64,000 bases of DNA from an uncultured Ferrimonas sp. (GCF_947489035.1 NZ_CANLCI010000003.1:155533-219532), one strand, 5' to 3'. Positions 11,110-23,427 are shown, counted from the stretch's first letter. Numbers and translations: made by a program. The notes: generated by a model from the sequence alone, not told the origin.

Positions 11110-12228
11110 ATGATTGTAGGCGTTCCAAAAGAGATCAAAAACCACGAATATCGTGTTGGCATGGTGCCCGCGAGCGTGCGTGAATTGACCCAACGCGGCC
11201 ATCGAGTAATTGTTCAAACTCAAGCCGGGATCGGCATTGGTTGTACCGACCAAGATTACATTGATGCCGGTGCACAGATCCTCGCGGACGCACCAGCGGT
11301 ATTTGCTGAAGCCGAGATGATCGTAAAGGTAAAAGAGCCACAAGCTGTTGAACGCGCGATGTTGCGTCAAGGCCAGATCTTATTCACCTACCTTCACCTT
11401 GCCCCTGATGCGCCGCAAACTGAAGATCTGATCAACAGTGGCGCCGTGTGCATCGCCTACGAAACCGTTACCGATGATCGCGGTGGCTTGCCACTGTTGG
11501 CGCCAATGTCTGAAGTGGCTGGTCGCATGTCCATCCAAGCCGGCGCTCAGGCACTGGAAAAATCCAACCAAGGTCGCGGCATGTTGCTGGGCGGCGTACC
11601 CGGTGTTGAACCGGCCAAGGTTGTGGTTATTGGCGGTGGCATGGTTGGCCGTAACTCGGCCTTGATGGCCGTTGGCATGGGAGCCGACGTGACCATCTTA
11701 GATCGCAGCGTAAACGTATTGCGCTCGCTGAACGCACAATTTGAAAACCGCGCCAAAGTGATTTACTCCACCGCAGAAGCGTTAGAGAAACACATTATTG
11801 AAGCGGATCTGGTTATCGGCGGCGTGCTGATCCCAGGGGCTGCGGCTCCTAAACTTATCACCCGTGATCACATCAGCAAAATGAAGCCTGGTGCTGCTAT
11901 TGTTGACGTTGCCATCGATCAAGGCGGTTGTGCGGAAACCTCTAAGGCCACCACCCACCAAGATCCGGTATACATTGTTGACGACGTAGTGCACTACTGC
12001 GTGGCCAACATGCCAGGGGCGGTACCGCGCACTTCCACTTTTGCGCTGAACAACGCCACCCTGCCTTACATCATTGCATTAGCAGAGAAAGGCTACAAAA
12101 AAGCCCTGCTGGACGACGCTCACCTGATGAAGGGCTTAAACGTAATGGACGGTAAAGTAACCTGCCCTGAAGTGGCCGAAGCCTTGGGTTACGAATGCCA
12201 TAACGCCGAAGCGTTAGTGAAAGCCTGA
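11110..12228 (+). CDS. ald: Alanine dehydrogenase
   Basis: MIVGVPKEIKNHEYRVG N-terminus typical of Ald, with NAD-binding VIGGGMVG. The track start is ATG 11104. The second ATG at 11110 reproduces the usual N-terminus, and either is possible. Confidence 0.93.
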   Translation: MIVGVPKEIKNHEYRVGMVPASVRELTQRGHRVIVQTQAGIGIGCTDQDYIDAGAQILADAPAVFAEAEMIVKVKEPQAVERAMLRQGQILFTYLHLAPDAPQTEDLINSGAVCIAYETVTDDRGGLPLLAPMSEVAGRMSIQAGAQALEKSNQGRGMLLGGVPGVEPAKVVVIGGGMVGRNSALMAVGMGADVTILDRSVNVLRSLNAQFENRAKVIYSTAEALEKHIIEADLVIGGVLIPGAAAPKLITRDHISKMKPGAAIVDVAIDQGGCAETSKATTHQDPVYIVDDVVHYCVANMPGAVPRTSTFALNNATLPYIIALAEKGYKKALLDDAHLMKGLNVMDGKVTCPEVAEALGYECHNAEALVKA

Positions 12229-12253
12229 TTAGCCTCATCGGTTTAATCGATAT

Positions 12254-13298
<1,045 letters not shown>

Positions 13299-13336
13299 TC
13301 TAGCTGTTGTACTAACAGTTACACCTTCTTTCTTCT

Positions 13337-13362
13337 GGGGGCTTCGGCCCCCACTTTTATTT
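13337..13362 (+). terminator. Rho-independent terminator after trxB
   Basis: gggggc-ttcg-gccccc followed by acttttattt. It overlaps the track's TTG start for cydD, which argues for the ATG at 13370. Confidence 0.8.
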
Positions 13363-13369
13363 GAGTTGT

Positions 13370-15064
13370 ATGGATAAACGATCCGAACAGCGTAACCTGC
13401 GATGGTTGCGACAATACGCCTACCTGAGCCGCCGCTGGCTCTATCTTGCCATCTTGGCAGGCTCTGCTAATGCGCTCATGATTGTGATCCAAGCGTGGCT
13501 GCTGGCGGCGATGCTGCATGGCTTGATCATTGAACAACAAAGCATTGATCTGTTTCTACCGCATTTCGCAGCCTTAATCTTGATTAGCCCGCTACGCGCC
13601 GCCTGTGTCTGGGCCAAAGAACGCTTTGGTTTTACCGCTGGGGCGATGATCCGCCAACACCTACGTAGCGAATTGTTGGATAAGTTTGCCCGCCTTGGGC
13701 CCGCTCATATTCAGCAGCAGGCTGCAGGCAGTTGGACCAGTGTGCTGTTTGAGCAAGTCGAAAAAATCAACGACTACTACAGCCGCTATCTGGTGCAGAT
13801 GCGCTTGGTGATGATCATTCCAATCATCATTATCACCCTGATCCTGCCCACCAACTGGGCTGCCGTTGTGGTGTTTGTGGTCACCGCACCACTGACCGTG
13901 CTGTTTATGGCGCTGGTGGGCATGGGCGCAGCAGACGCCAACAAGCGTAACTTTTTAGCGTTAGCGCGTTTATCGGGCCATTTTTTAGATCGGTTAGCGG
14001 GGATCGCCACCATACGGCAATACCACCGCCTTGATGCCGAAGCCGATAAAATGGATCACGCCTCGGATCTGTTCCGTCAGCGCACCATGGAAGTGCTGCG
14101 TATGGCCTTTATGTCGTCTGCGGTTTTGGAGTTCTTCGCCTCGGTATCCATCGCCATCATCGCTGTCTATTTCGGTTTCAGCTATTTAGGCGAATTAGAC
14201 TTTGGCCACTATGGCCGTGGGGTTAGCTTATTCAGCGGTTTGTTGGTGTTATTTTTAGCGCCGGAATTCTTCCAACCGTTTCGTGATTTAGGCACCTACT
14301 ACCACGCCAAAGCCGAAGCCGTTGGCGCAGCCGATGCGATCCAGCACTTCTTGCAGACCCCAGAACCCGATCAAGGTGAAGCGGCGGCTCCCGATCTGAG
14401 TCAACCGTTGCAATTAACCGCAACTAACGCGGTGATCTGCGCCTTGAATGGCACCGCGCTCACCAACCCCATTAATTTTGATGCCAAGGCGCAGCAAGTG
14501 ATGGCCATCGCAGGGCCTACCGGTTGCGGTAAAACCTCGTTGATGCAAGCGCTTATGGGCGTGTTGCCTTACCACGGCAGCTTAACCATCAATGGCCATG
14601 AAGTGCGCGATATCGACAGTAGCTACCTGTTAACTCACATCACTTGGCTAGGGCAAAATCCGCTCTTGATTGCCGCATCCATTGCCGAGAACCTGCGTTT
14701 GGCTGCACCGAATGCAACCGAGGAGCAACTATGGCAAGCACTGGAGCAAGCACACGCCAGTGAATTTGTTCAGCAGTTACCGCAACAGTTGCACTACCCA
14801 TTGAATGACAACGCCGTGGGTCTCTCTGTTGGGCAAGCACAGCGCATCGCCCTCGCCCGCGCCTTACTGAAACCGGCGCCACTGCTATTGATGGACGAAC
14901 CCAGCGCCAGCTTGGATCATCGTAGTGAGCAACTGGTACAGCAAAGCCTGCATCAGTTCAGCCAAGGCAAAACCGTGATCACCATCAGCCACCGCCAAGA
15001 GCAGTTGGCCTTGGCCGATCAGGTACTGCAATTAACCCCTATCAAGGAGCAAAACAATGGATGA
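13370..15064 (+). CDS. cydD: Cysteine/glutathione ABC exporter CydD (cytochrome bd assembly)
   Basis: Six-TM ABC exporter domain plus an NBD (GPTGCGKTS, LSVGQAQRIALARA, LLLMDEPSASLD). It is paired with cydC by an 8-nt overlap and sits downstream of trxB as in E. coli. Confidence 0.9.
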   Translation: MDKRSEQRNLRWLRQYAYLSRRWLYLAILAGSANALMIVIQAWLLAAMLHGLIIEQQSIDLFLPHFAALILISPLRAACVWAKERFGFTAGAMIRQHLRSELLDKFARLGPAHIQQQAAGSWTSVLFEQVEKINDYYSRYLVQMRLVMIIPIIIITLILPTNWAAVVVFVVTAPLTVLFMALVGMGAADANKRNFLALARLSGHFLDRLAGIATIRQYHRLDAEADKMDHASDLFRQRTMEVLRMAFMSSAVLEFFASVSIAIIAVYFGFSYLGELDFGHYGRGVSLFSGLLVLFLAPEFFQPFRDLGTYYHAKAEAVGAADAIQHFLQTPEPDQGEAAAPDLSQPLQLTATNAVICALNGTALTNPINFDAKAQQVMAIAGPTGCGKTSLMQALMGVLPYHGSLTINGHEVRDIDSSYLLTHITWLGQNPLLIAASIAENLRLAAPNATEEQLWQALEQAHASEFVQQLPQQLHYPLNDNAVGLSVGQAQRIALARALLKPAPLLLMDEPSASLDHRSEQLVQQSLHQFSQGKTVITISHRQEQLALADQVLQLTPIKEQNNG

Positions 15065-16718
15065 ATTAAAGCCGTTTTTGCACCTGTATCAACAACAGTG
15101 GCGCCGTTTAGCACTGGGCTTATCCCTATCGCTGTTAACCCTATTAGCCTCTATTGGCCTGCTGTCGATCTCCGGCTGGTTTATCAGTGCCAGTGCCGTG
15201 GCCGGTCTGGTGATCGCCCGCAGTGCCGATTTCAACTATCTGATGCCCGCGGGTGCCGTGCGTGGCCTATCGATTGGCCGTACCGTTGCCCGCTGGGCGG
15301 AACGAGTCGTTAGCCACGACGCCACCTTCCGCTTGTTAGCAACGTTACGCAGTTGGTTCTTCCGCCGCTTAGGGCCATTACGGGGTGAGCAACTGCGGGG
15401 GATCCGCCAAGCGGATCTGTTGAATCGCATGGTGGCGGACATCGATAGCCTTGATCACGTCTACCTGCGCTTAATTACCCCCGTAGTCGCTGGCAGCGTT
15501 ACAGTTGTGGTGGTGTCGTTGCTGGTTGGCTACTTTGCCCCTGCGGCCGGATTCACCCTTGGGGCTATCTTGCTGACACTGATGCTGCTGTTGCCGCTGC
15601 TGTTTTATCGCTTGGGTAAATCCCCTGGGGAACAGATCGCCGCGCAGCAGATGACTTTGCGCCAACAGATGTTGGAGTATTTGCAAGGCCACAATGAACT
15701 GCGTGTGTTTGGCGCCATTAACAAGCAACAGCGCGCCATTAAAGCCAGTGAACAAGCGTTGCTCGCCAATCAGAAAGCCATGGCGAACCTGACTGGCGCA
15801 TCGCAGGCTGCAATGGTGTTGTTTAATGGCTGGGTGTTACTGGGGTTGCTGGCGTTGGGTTATCAAGTGCTGCTGAATCAGGGTGAGGTTGGCCCAATCT
15901 TAGCGCTGTTGGTGTTTGCGACCATGGCCAGCTTTGAAGCCGTCGCCCCTGTGGCTGGCGCGTTTCAGCACCTTGGTCAAACGCGCAGTGCCGCCAAACG
16001 CTTGAATGAAATCTTGCAACAACCAACGGATCTGAGCTTTGGTGATCTGCCTGCCGCAGATGAGATCACGCTGACAATGAATCGTGTCTGTTTTCAGTAT
16101 GGCGCGAACCCCGAACCCGTATTGAACGACATCGACCTAACGCTCAAGCCTGGCGAGAAAGTCGCGCTGGTTGGCCAAACGGGTTGCGGCAAATCGACCT
16201 TGTTGCAGTTGCTTACCCGTGAATTAAGCCCGAGCCATGGTCAGCTGATGCTGAATCAACAACCGCTGGAGCAATACAGTGAAGCTGCGCTCAGAGAGAT
16301 GATCTGTGTGGTAAGCCAGCGGGTGCATGTGTTCAACGATTCCTTAGCCAACAACCTGCGTTTGGCTAAGCCCAGTGCCACCGATGAAGAACTGCGAAAG
16401 GTGCTGCTTGCGGTGCAGTTAGATGCTTTGTTGCAAGGGGATGGGCTCGGCCAGTGGCTTGGCGATGGTGGGCGTCTGCTCAGTGGTGGCGAACAGCGCC
16501 GTTTAGGCATTGCGCGAGCCCTGTTGCATCCGGCGCCATTACTGTTATTGGATGAACCCACCGAGGGGTTAGACGACGCAACCGAAGCCAGCATCATTGC
16601 TCAGTTGCTGCAGCATCGTCCAACACGTTCGTTGCTGTACGTTACCCATAAACCCGCGGCGCTGAAACATATGGATCGCGTACTTACCATGAACAGCGGC
16701 CGTTTAAGCGCCAGTTAA
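15057..16718 (+). CDS. cydC: Cysteine/glutathione ABC exporter CydC
   Basis: 553 aa with a TMD plus an NBD (GQTGCGKST, LSGGEQRRLGIARAL, LLLLDEPTEGLD). Translationally coupled to cydD. Confidence 0.9.
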   Translation: MDELKPFLHLYQQQWRRLALGLSLSLLTLLASIGLLSISGWFISASAVAGLVIARSADFNYLMPAGAVRGLSIGRTVARWAERVVSHDATFRLLATLRSWFFRRLGPLRGEQLRGIRQADLLNRMVADIDSLDHVYLRLITPVVAGSVTVVVVSLLVGYFAPAAGFTLGAILLTLMLLLPLLFYRLGKSPGEQIAAQQMTLRQQMLEYLQGHNELRVFGAINKQQRAIKASEQALLANQKAMANLTGASQAAMVLFNGWVLLGLLALGYQVLLNQGEVGPILALLVFATMASFEAVAPVAGAFQHLGQTRSAAKRLNEILQQPTDLSFGDLPAADEITLTMNRVCFQYGANPEPVLNDIDLTLKPGEKVALVGQTGCGKSTLLQLLTRELSPSHGQLMLNQQPLEQYSEAALREMICVVSQRVHVFNDSLANNLRLAKPSATDEELRKVLLAVQLDALLQGDGLGQWLGDGGRLLSGGEQRRLGIARALLHPAPLLLLDEPTEGLDDATEASIIAQLLQHRPTRSLLYVTHKPAALKHMDRVLTMNSGRLSAS

Positions 16719-17192
16719 TTACATCGCGTTATCAACTCGAACTTGGCCTCCTTGTAGGTACACCACCCGTACGGTGTTGCCTGCTTGGAAGGCCATGGTT
16801 GGATCCCAATCCTGCACCACCATCACCTGCTGTTGATCCCCTTCTAACCGGATCATCATCTCAATCAATTGCTGTTCAATAATGCGCGTATCAGGATAAC
16901 GATTCGCCGCCAATCCAGCGCCTGCAATCGCCCCCAATACGGTAGCAACATCTTGGCCCGAACCGCCGCCAAACTGATGGCCAATCACACCACCAATTAA
17001 AGCGCCGCCGAAGGTTTTCCAGCCGGAATGCCTGTCTTGCTGCAGTTCTTGAGTGCTGATCTGCCGTACCGAGATCACTTCGCCATAAATCACCTGCTGT
17101 ACTGGTACCGCTTGATTGCGCTGATAACCCGCCAGCGTCACGGTAGGCAGCAATAACGCGATTAATACTATCGACCGTAAAACGAATGTCAT
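16719..17192 (-). CDS. YcfJ-like glycine-zipper 2TM (Rick_17kDa_Anti family) envelope protein
   Basis: 157 aa with a signal sequence. The motif GGVIGHQFGGGSGQDVATVLGAIAGAGLAAN closely matches the E. coli YcfJ core. Its stop codon abuts the cydC stop directly. Confidence 0.75.
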   Translation of the reverse strand: MTFVLRSIVLIALLLPTVTLAGYQRNQAVPVQQVIYGEVISVRQISTQELQQDRHSGWKTFGGALIGGVIGHQFGGGSGQDVATVLGAIAGAGLAANRYPDTRIIEQQLIEMMIRLEGDQQQVMVVQDWDPTMAFQAGNTVRVVYLQGGQVRVDNAM

Positions 17193-17238
17193 ACCATCTC
17201 CTTATGCATCAGTTGTTACCTCAGTCTGCATCACTATC

Positions 17239-17952
17239 ATGCTTAATGCGATTCAATACTTAGACTACCACCAAGAGGGGTTTCCCTCGCCAGACTACGC
17301 CCTTGCCGATCCTGACGGCTTATTAGCCGTGGGGGGAGATTTAGCGCCCGCTCGGTTAGTTGACGCCTATCGACATGGGATTTTTCCCTGGTTCAATCCC
17401 GGAGATCCGATCCTGTGGTGGTGCCCCAAGCAGCGAGCGGTGTTTACCCCCGCCGAGATCCACCTATCCCGTTCGACCCGCCGAGTTGCGCGGAAGTTCG
17501 ATTACCATTACAGCGTAAACCAAGCGTTCGAACAGGTGATCAACGCCTGCGCGGCGCCACGAGGGGATGACGCTGGCACCTGGATCAGCCCAGCGATGAT
17601 CCAAGCCTATCAACAGCTGCATCAGCTTGGTCATGCCCACTCTTTGGAGATTTGGCAAGATCAGCAATTAGTTGGCGGAATATACGGGATCAGTGTCGGC
17701 GGGGTATTTTGTGGTGAATCTATGTTCCACAGTCAAACAGGGGCGTCTAAACTGGCGTTGTACCTGCTAGGCCAACACTGTCAGCAGCTGGGCGCTGAAC
17801 TTATCGATGCTCAGATCGACAACCCGCATCTGCGTTCTTTGGGAGCCACCATGATCAGTCGCCACCATTTTCTGGAACAAGTGCATGCCCTGCGTGATGC
17901 GCCGATTGCTTGGGCAAATTGGCAACAAGCGCGAGTGGCGTGCAATGTCTAA
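17239..17952 (+). CDS. aat: Leucyl/phenylalanyl-tRNA--protein transferase
   Basis: 237 aa with typical Aat motifs (GLLAVGGDL, YRHGIFPWF, WWCP, GESMFH). Confidence 0.93.
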   Translation: MLNAIQYLDYHQEGFPSPDYALADPDGLLAVGGDLAPARLVDAYRHGIFPWFNPGDPILWWCPKQRAVFTPAEIHLSRSTRRVARKFDYHYSVNQAFEQVINACAAPRGDDAGTWISPAMIQAYQQLHQLGHAHSLEIWQDQQLVGGIYGISVGGVFCGESMFHSQTGASKLALYLLGQHCQQLGAELIDAQIDNPHLRSLGATMISRHHFLEQVHALRDAPIAWANWQQARVACNV

Positions 17953-18646
17953 CCTGCAACAGATCCGCATCGGCTTAAGCCAAACCTTCCCTTGCAGCTA
18001 CATCGACAAAGAACAAGAGACCCTGCTGTTGTGCTGCGATCCGGTCACTAATGCCCAATTTGAACACTTACTTGAGTTAGGCTTTCGACGCTCTGGCGAT
18101 CAGATCTATCGCCCCCATTGCCAAACCTGTAATGCCTGTGTTCCCGTGCGTGTGCCTGTTGCACTCTTTAGCCCCAGTCGCTCCCAACGGCGCATCATCG
18201 CCAAAAATAAAGACATCGACTGGCAGGTAAGCGAAACCGTAAAGCCACAATATCGGCCGCTGTACCATCGTTACATCACTAGCCGCCATCAAGACGGCAC
18301 CATGTACCCTCCAAGTGATCAGCAGTTTGACCAGTTCTTGCTCAGCAGCAAACATCCGGTGATGTTTGTTGAGGGTTGGCTAAATGGCAAGCTGATTGCT
18401 GTGGCCGTAACCGATCTGCTGCTCACCAGTTTGTCGGCAACGTACACTTTTTTTGACCCTGACATGAGCCACCGTTCGCTGGGGAAGCGGGCAATTTTAG
18501 CACAAATTGATCTCGCGAAACGGATTAAAAGAGAGCACCTTTATTTAGGCTATTACATCGGCGCATGCCCTAAAATGTCCTATAAAACCGAATTTCGTCC
18601 GGTTGAACGCTTCCATAACGATCAGTGGCAGCTTCAAGGCCGCTAA
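17945..18646 (+). CDS. bpt: Aspartate/glutamate leucyltransferase (arginyl-tRNA-protein-transferase family, Bpt)
   Basis: ATE_N/ATE_C layout (CSY..., FRRSG, YRP C..C.AC). I chose the start MSNLQQ at 17945, which overlaps the aat stop by 8 nt. The track ORF extends to 17885. Confidence 0.85.
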   Translation: MSNLQQIRIGLSQTFPCSYIDKEQETLLLCCDPVTNAQFEHLLELGFRRSGDQIYRPHCQTCNACVPVRVPVALFSPSRSQRRIIAKNKDIDWQVSETVKPQYRPLYHRYITSRHQDGTMYPPSDQQFDQFLLSSKHPVMFVEGWLNGKLIAVAVTDLLLTSLSATYTFFDPDMSHRSLGKRAILAQIDLAKRIKREHLYLGYYIGACPKMSYKTEFRPVERFHNDQWQLQGR

Positions 18647-18678
18647 TTCCTTTACTTAGAGCGGTATTTACGGCATGA

Positions 18679-18939
<261 letters not shown>

Positions 18940-18952
18940 TCCGCTATCCCAC

Positions 18953-18983
18953 AAAAAAGCCCAGCATTAGCTGGGCTTTTTTG
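18953..18983. terminator. Bidirectional terminator between convergent infA and clpA
   Basis: aaaaa-agcccagc-atta-gctgggct-tttttg. An 8-bp stem with A and T runs on both sides. Confidence 0.85.
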
Positions 18984-18997
18984 TGTCCGGTTGCGGC

Positions 18998-21286
18998 TTA
19001 TTGGGCAGCCACCGTTGCTTTGGCTTTACCGTAGTCGAACACCAGCTTACCGTCAGTCACATCCACTTTAACTAAGCCACCTTTTTGCAATTGGCCAAAT
19101 AGGATCTCGTTTGCCATTGGCTTTTTGATCTCCTCTTGCACCACTCGCGACATTGGTCGTGCACCCATATTGCGATCGTAGCCTTTCTCTGCCAACCACA
19201 CTCGCGCTTCAGCCGAAACTTCCATCTGCACACTGCGGCCATCAAGCTGCGCTTGCAGTTCCACCAAGAACTTATCAACGACCTTGGCGATCACTTGCAT
19301 ATCTAAGTGGTTAAACCAAATGATCCCATCCAAACGGTTGCGGAACTCAGGGCTAAAGACCTTATTGATTTCAGCCATCGCATCAAAGCTGCTGTCTTGC
19401 TGCTTAAAACCGATGGATTGGCGTACCGTCTCTTGCACACCTGCGTTGGTGGTCATCACTAAGGTAACGTTGCGGAAATCCGCTTTACGGCCGTTGTTGT
19501 CGGTTAGGGTGCCGTGATCCATGACCTGCAGCAGCAGGTTATAAACGTCACTGTGTGCCTTCTCGATTTCATCCAGTAGCACAACCGAGTGTGGGTGCTT
19601 CAATACGGCATCGGTCAACTGCCCACCCTGATCGTAACCAACGTAGCCTGGAGGCGCACCCACCAGGCGGCTGACACTATGGCGCTCCATGTACTCAGAC
19701 ATATCAAAGCGGATAAGTTCTACCCCTAATTGACGCCCAAGTTGTTGAGTTATTTCCGTTTTACCAACACCGGTTGGGCCAGCAAATAAGAAACTCCCCA
19801 CCGGTTTGCCTTCGTTCCCCAAACCACTGCGCGAAAGACGAATGGCCGAGGTAAGTGCATCAATCGCCGGATCTTGACCAAACACCACCATTTTCAAGTT
19901 GCGATCTAAGTTTTCCAGCACCTCTTTATCCGTAGCGGACACCGATTTAGCGGGGATGCGGGCGATCTTCGCAACGATCTCTTCAATATCGCCCACAGAG
20001 ATGGTTTTTTTGCGTTTCGAGGCAGGCAACATCGCCATTCGCGCCCCTGCTTCATCAATCACATCAATGGCTTTATCCGGCAATTGACGTTCGTTAATGT
20101 GTTTGGCTGATAAGTTGGATGCCGCACTTAAGGCCGATTGGGTGTATCGCACCTGATGGTGCTCTTCGTAACGGCTTTTCAAGCCCATTAGAATTTGGGT
20201 TGTTTCCGCCACGCTTGGCTCAGGCACATCGATCTTCTGAAAACGGCGCGCTAATGCGCGGTCTTTTTCAAAAATCCCCTGATATTCCTGATAGGTGGTT
20301 GAGCCTACGCAACGCAGCTTGCCACTAGAAAGCAATGGCTTCAGCAAATTGGACGCATCCATCATGCCGCCTGAGGCCGCTCCTGCGCCCACGATGGTGT
20401 GGATCTCATCAATGAACAGAATCGCCTTAGGATTACGCTGTAGTTGGCGCAGTACCGCTTTAAATCGCTTCTCGAAGTCACCACGATATTTCGTGCCCGC
20501 CAGCAGCGCGCCCATGTCGAGGCTGTAGATGGTGCAGTCGGCAATCACCTCTGGCACGTCTTCTTTCACAATGCGGTACGCCAAACCTTCGGCAATGGCG
20601 GTTTTACCGACGCCAGCTTCACCGACTAACAACGGGTTGTTCTTACGACGACGACACAACACTTGAATGGTGCGTTCTACTTCGTCTTCACGACCAATCA
20701 ACGGATCAATCTGCCCCGCTTCGGCTTGTTTATTCAGGTTACTGGCAAAGTTTTCCAACTTGTCGCCGCTGGACTCTTCCTTTTCCATGCCCATGGTTGG
20801 CGAGTCGTTTTCGGCGTCGTCACTGCTACTATCTGCGGCGTTTTGGTCTTCTTTCTTCGACACCCCATGGGCGATAAAGTTAACCACATCCAAGCGAGTG
20901 ACATCCGACTTACGCAGCAGATACACCGCTTGGCTTTCTTGCTCGGAAAAGATCGCCACCAACACATTTGCGCCAGAGACTTCATTGCGACCACTGCTTT
21001 GTACGTGGAATACCGCCCGCTGCAGCACCCGCTGAAAACCTAAGGTGGGTTGGGTTTCCCGATCGCCGTCGTCTTGCGGGATCAGCGGGGTGGTTTGTTC
21101 GATAAATAGGTCAACTTCACTGCGCAGTGAATCGAGGCGAGCGCCACAGGCACTCAGCGCTTCCTGCGCCGAAGGGTTATCCAACAATGCCGACAGCAGA
21201 TGTTCTACCGTCATAAACTCATGGCGATTGCGACGCGCTTGTTGAAAGGCGTTATTGAGTGTTACTTCGAGATCTTTATTCAGCAT
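18998..21286 (-). CDS. clpA: ATP-dependent Clp protease ATP-binding subunit ClpA
   Basis: 762 aa with a Clp N-domain and two AAA+ modules ([15 protein letters not shown]; GPTGVGKTE). Confidence 0.97.
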   Translation of the reverse strand: MLNKDLEVTLNNAFQQARRNRHEFMTVEHLLSALLDNPSAQEALSACGARLDSLRSEVDLFIEQTTPLIPQDDGDRETQPTLGFQRVLQRAVFHVQSSGRNEVSGANVLVAIFSEQESQAVYLLRKSDVTRLDVVNFIAHGVSKKEDQNAADSSSDDAENDSPTMGMEKEESSGDKLENFASNLNKQAEAGQIDPLIGREDEVERTIQVLCRRRKNNPLLVGEAGVGKTAIAEGLAYRIVKEDVPEVIADCTIYSLDMGALLAGTKYRGDFEKRFKAVLRQLQRNPKAILFIDEIHTIVGAGAASGGMMDASNLLKPLLSSGKLRCVGSTTYQEYQGIFEKDRALARRFQKIDVPEPSVAETTQILMGLKSRYEEHHQVRYTQSALSAASNLSAKHINERQLPDKAIDVIDEAGARMAMLPASKRKKTISVGDIEEIVAKIARIPAKSVSATDKEVLENLDRNLKMVVFGQDPAIDALTSAIRLSRSGLGNEGKPVGSFLFAGPTGVGKTEITQQLGRQLGVELIRFDMSEYMERHSVSRLVGAPPGYVGYDQGGQLTDAVLKHPHSVVLLDEIEKAHSDVYNLLLQVMDHGTLTDNNGRKADFRNVTLVMTTNAGVQETVRQSIGFKQQDSSFDAMAEINKVFSPEFRNRLDGIIWFNHLDMQVIAKVVDKFLVELQAQLDGRSVQMEVSAEARVWLAEKGYDRNMGARPMSRVVQEEIKKPMANEILFGQLQKGGLVKVDVTDGKLVFDYGKAKATVAAQ

Positions 21287-21312
21287 GTCGCCAACTCCCC
21301 ACAGTATCTAAA

Positions 21313-21627
21313 TCAAGCTTGTTCGGTGGAACACAGCAACGGGTGCTGATTCTCACGAGCATAGTCGTTTACTTGTACCGCCTTGGTCTCTGCAATATCG
21401 AGGGTAAAAACGCCGCAAACGCCCTTCCCTTTGTAGTGTACGGTCAGCATCACTTCCGTTGCCTGCTCGTCACTGAGATTGAAGAACTTGGTCAGTACCT
21501 CAACCACAAATTCCATCGGTGTGTAATCGTCATTATTCAGAACAACTTTAAAAAGTCGCGGCGGCTCAAGCTTTTGCTCTAACTTTTCCTGTTCAACGAC
21601 ATCGTCCAATTCAAATTGCTTGCTCAT
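21313..21627 (-). CDS. clpS: ClpS adaptor (N-degron recognin)
   Basis: 104 aa with motif [20 protein letters not shown], immediately upstream of clpA. Confidence 0.95.
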   Translation of the reverse strand: MSKQFELDDVVEQEKLEQKLEPPRLFKVVLNNDDYTPMEFVVEVLTKFFNLSDEQATEVMLTVHYKGKGVCGVFTLDIAETKAVQVNDYARENQHPLLCSTEQA

Positions 21628-21825
21628 AGTTAAAGCTTAGCCACTCTTTCCGCTTGCGGATTAAACACAGAGCCAAATAATTCTTGACTAAGATGTTATC
21701 CATTTGTTAATTCATAGTGTACAGCGCTTGATCGCTGCGGTCGCCACTAGCTCAATCTCAGTTATATGGGCATAGAGTGATGATTACAAGACACACGGGA
21801 AGGACTCAGTAGAAGGAAGTCGGGT

Positions 21826-22035
21826 ATGGCTCAAGGAACAGTGAAGTGGTTCAACAATGCGAAAGGGTTTGGCTTTATCTGCCCTGAGGATGGCGGCGAA
21901 GATGTGTTTGCGCACTATTCCACCATCGACATGGACGGTTACCGCACCTTGAAAGCAGGTCAAGAAGTAAAGTTCGAAATGGAACGTGGGCCTAAGGGCA
22001 TGCACGCTTCCAACATTCGATCTGCCGATATGTAA
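21826..22035 (+). CDS. cspD: Cold-shock-domain protein CspD
   Basis: MAQGTVKWFNNAKGFGFICPEDGGEDVFAHYS with RNP1/RNP2 motifs. It is divergent from clpS as in E. coli. Confidence 0.93.
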   Translation: MAQGTVKWFNNAKGFGFICPEDGGEDVFAHYSTIDMDGYRTLKAGQEVKFEMERGPKGMHASNIRSADM

Positions 22036-22050
22036 CTCATGAGCGCCGTT

Positions 22051-22082
22051 AAAAAAGCAGATCCGTTGAGGTCTGTTTTTTT
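22051..22082 (+). terminator. Probable terminator after cspD
   Basis: A short stem (cagatc/ggtctg with one G-U pair) followed by a T7 run. Confidence 0.6.
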
Positions 22083-22116
22083 ATTAGGCGCGTAACCGTG
22101 ATTACATTGAAGCAAC

Positions 22117-22151
22117 AAAAAAGCGCCAATCATTGATTGGCGCTTTTGTTT
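22117..22151 (-). terminator. Rho-independent terminator downstream of icd
   Basis: aaaaaa-gcgccaatc-att-gattggcgc-tttt. A 9-bp stem with a U-run on the minus strand. Confidence 0.8.
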
Positions 22152-22173
22152 GCAAGCTTGATTAGCTCATCGC

Positions 22174-23427
22174 TTACATGTGATCGATGATCGCATCACC
22201 AAACTCAGAGCAGCTCAGCAAAGTGGCGTTATCCATCAGGCGGTCAAAATCGTAGGTTACGGTTTTAGCAGCAATCGCGCCTTCCATTCCCTTAACAATC
22301 AGATCTGCGGCTTCGGTCCAGCCCATGTGACGGAGCATCATTTCACCCGACAGGATCAAAGAACCTGGGTTAACTTTGTCTTGGCCAGCGTACTTCGGTG
22401 CGGTGCCGTGGGTTGCTTCAAACAAAGCAACACCATCACCAATGTTGGCGCCTGGGGCGATACCAATACCGCCCACTTGCGCCGCCAGCGCATCCGATAC
22501 GTAATCGCCGTTCAAGTTCATGGTTGCGATAACGTCGTACTCTGCAGGACGCAACAGGATCTGCTGCAAGAAGGCATCAGCGATCACATCTTTAATGATG
22601 ATCTCTTTGCCAGTTTTCGGGTTGGTCATCTTGCACCATGGGCCGCCATCCAGCAGTTCGGCACCAAACTCACGCTGAGCCAACTCATAACCGAAGTCTT
22701 TAAACGCACCTTCCGTAAACTTCATGATGTTGCCCTTGTGTACCAAGGTCAAAGAATCACGATCGTTATCGATGGTGTATTGGATTGCCGCACGAACCAG
22801 ACGCTCGGTGCCCTGCTGAGAGATTGGTTTGATGCCGATGCCGCAATTCTCTTCGAAGCGGATCTTGGTGGCGCCCATCTCTTGGGTCAGGAACTTGATC
22901 ACTTTGTCAGCGTCAGCGGTACCGGCCTGCCATTCAACCCCAGCGTAGATGTCTTCTGAGTTTTCACGGAAGATCACCATGTCGGTCAGCTCTGGCTGCT
23001 TCAATGGGCTTGGCGTCCCTTCGTAGTAACGTACTGGACGCAGACACACGTACAGATCCAGTTCTTGACGCAAGGCCACGTTCAAAGAACGAATGCCACC
23101 GCCTACAGGGGTGGTCAGTGGGCCTTTAATCGACACTTTGAACTCTTTAACCGCGTCTAAGGTTTCTTGTGGCAGCCAAGTATCAGCGCCGTAGACTTGA
23201 GTTGACTTCTCACCACAGTAGATCTCCATCCACTGAATTTGACGCTCGCTGTTGTATGCCTTAGCAACAGCCGCATCCAATACTTTGATCATTGGCGGAG
23301 TAACATCAACACCGATGCCATCACCCTCAATAAAAGGGATGATTGGCTGATTAGGAACATTCAGTGCCCCGTTTGCGTCAACAGAGATCACTTCTCCCTG
23401 AGTTGGGCGCTGGATTTTCGATTCCAT
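22174..23427 (-). CDS. icd: NADP-dependent isocitrate dehydrogenase
   Basis: Colinear with E. coli Icd ([42 protein letters not shown]). I chose the start MESKIQ because AAGGAG lies upstream. The track ORF has an arginine-rich extension to 23499. Confidence 0.96.
   Translation of the reverse strand: MESKIQRPTQGEVISVDANGALNVPNQPIIPFIEGDGIGVDVTPPMIKVLDAAVAKAYNSERQIQWMEIYCGEKSTQVYGADTWLPQETLDAVKEFKVSIKGPLTTPVGGGIRSLNVALRQELDLYVCLRPVRYYEGTPSPLKQPELTDMVIFRENSEDIYAGVEWQAGTADADKVIKFLTQEMGATKIRFEENCGIGIKPISQQGTERLVRAAIQYTIDNDRDSLTLVHKGNIMKFTEGAFKDFGYELAQREFGAELLDGGPWCKMTNPKTGKEIIIKDVIADAFLQQILLRPAEYDVIATMNLNGDYVSDALAAQVGGIGIAPGANIGDGVALFEATHGTAPKYAGQDKVNPGSLILSGEMMLRHMGWTEAADLIVKGMEGAIAAKTVTYDFDRLMDNATLLSCSEFGDAIIDHM

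Noticed and set aside
22180-22959. 259-aa ORF antisense to icd
   Set aside because: It is a shadow ORF inside a highly conserved gene, with no independent support. The same applies to 7204-7818, 2462-3105, 20663-21043, 50695-51112 and the other embedded track ORFs.
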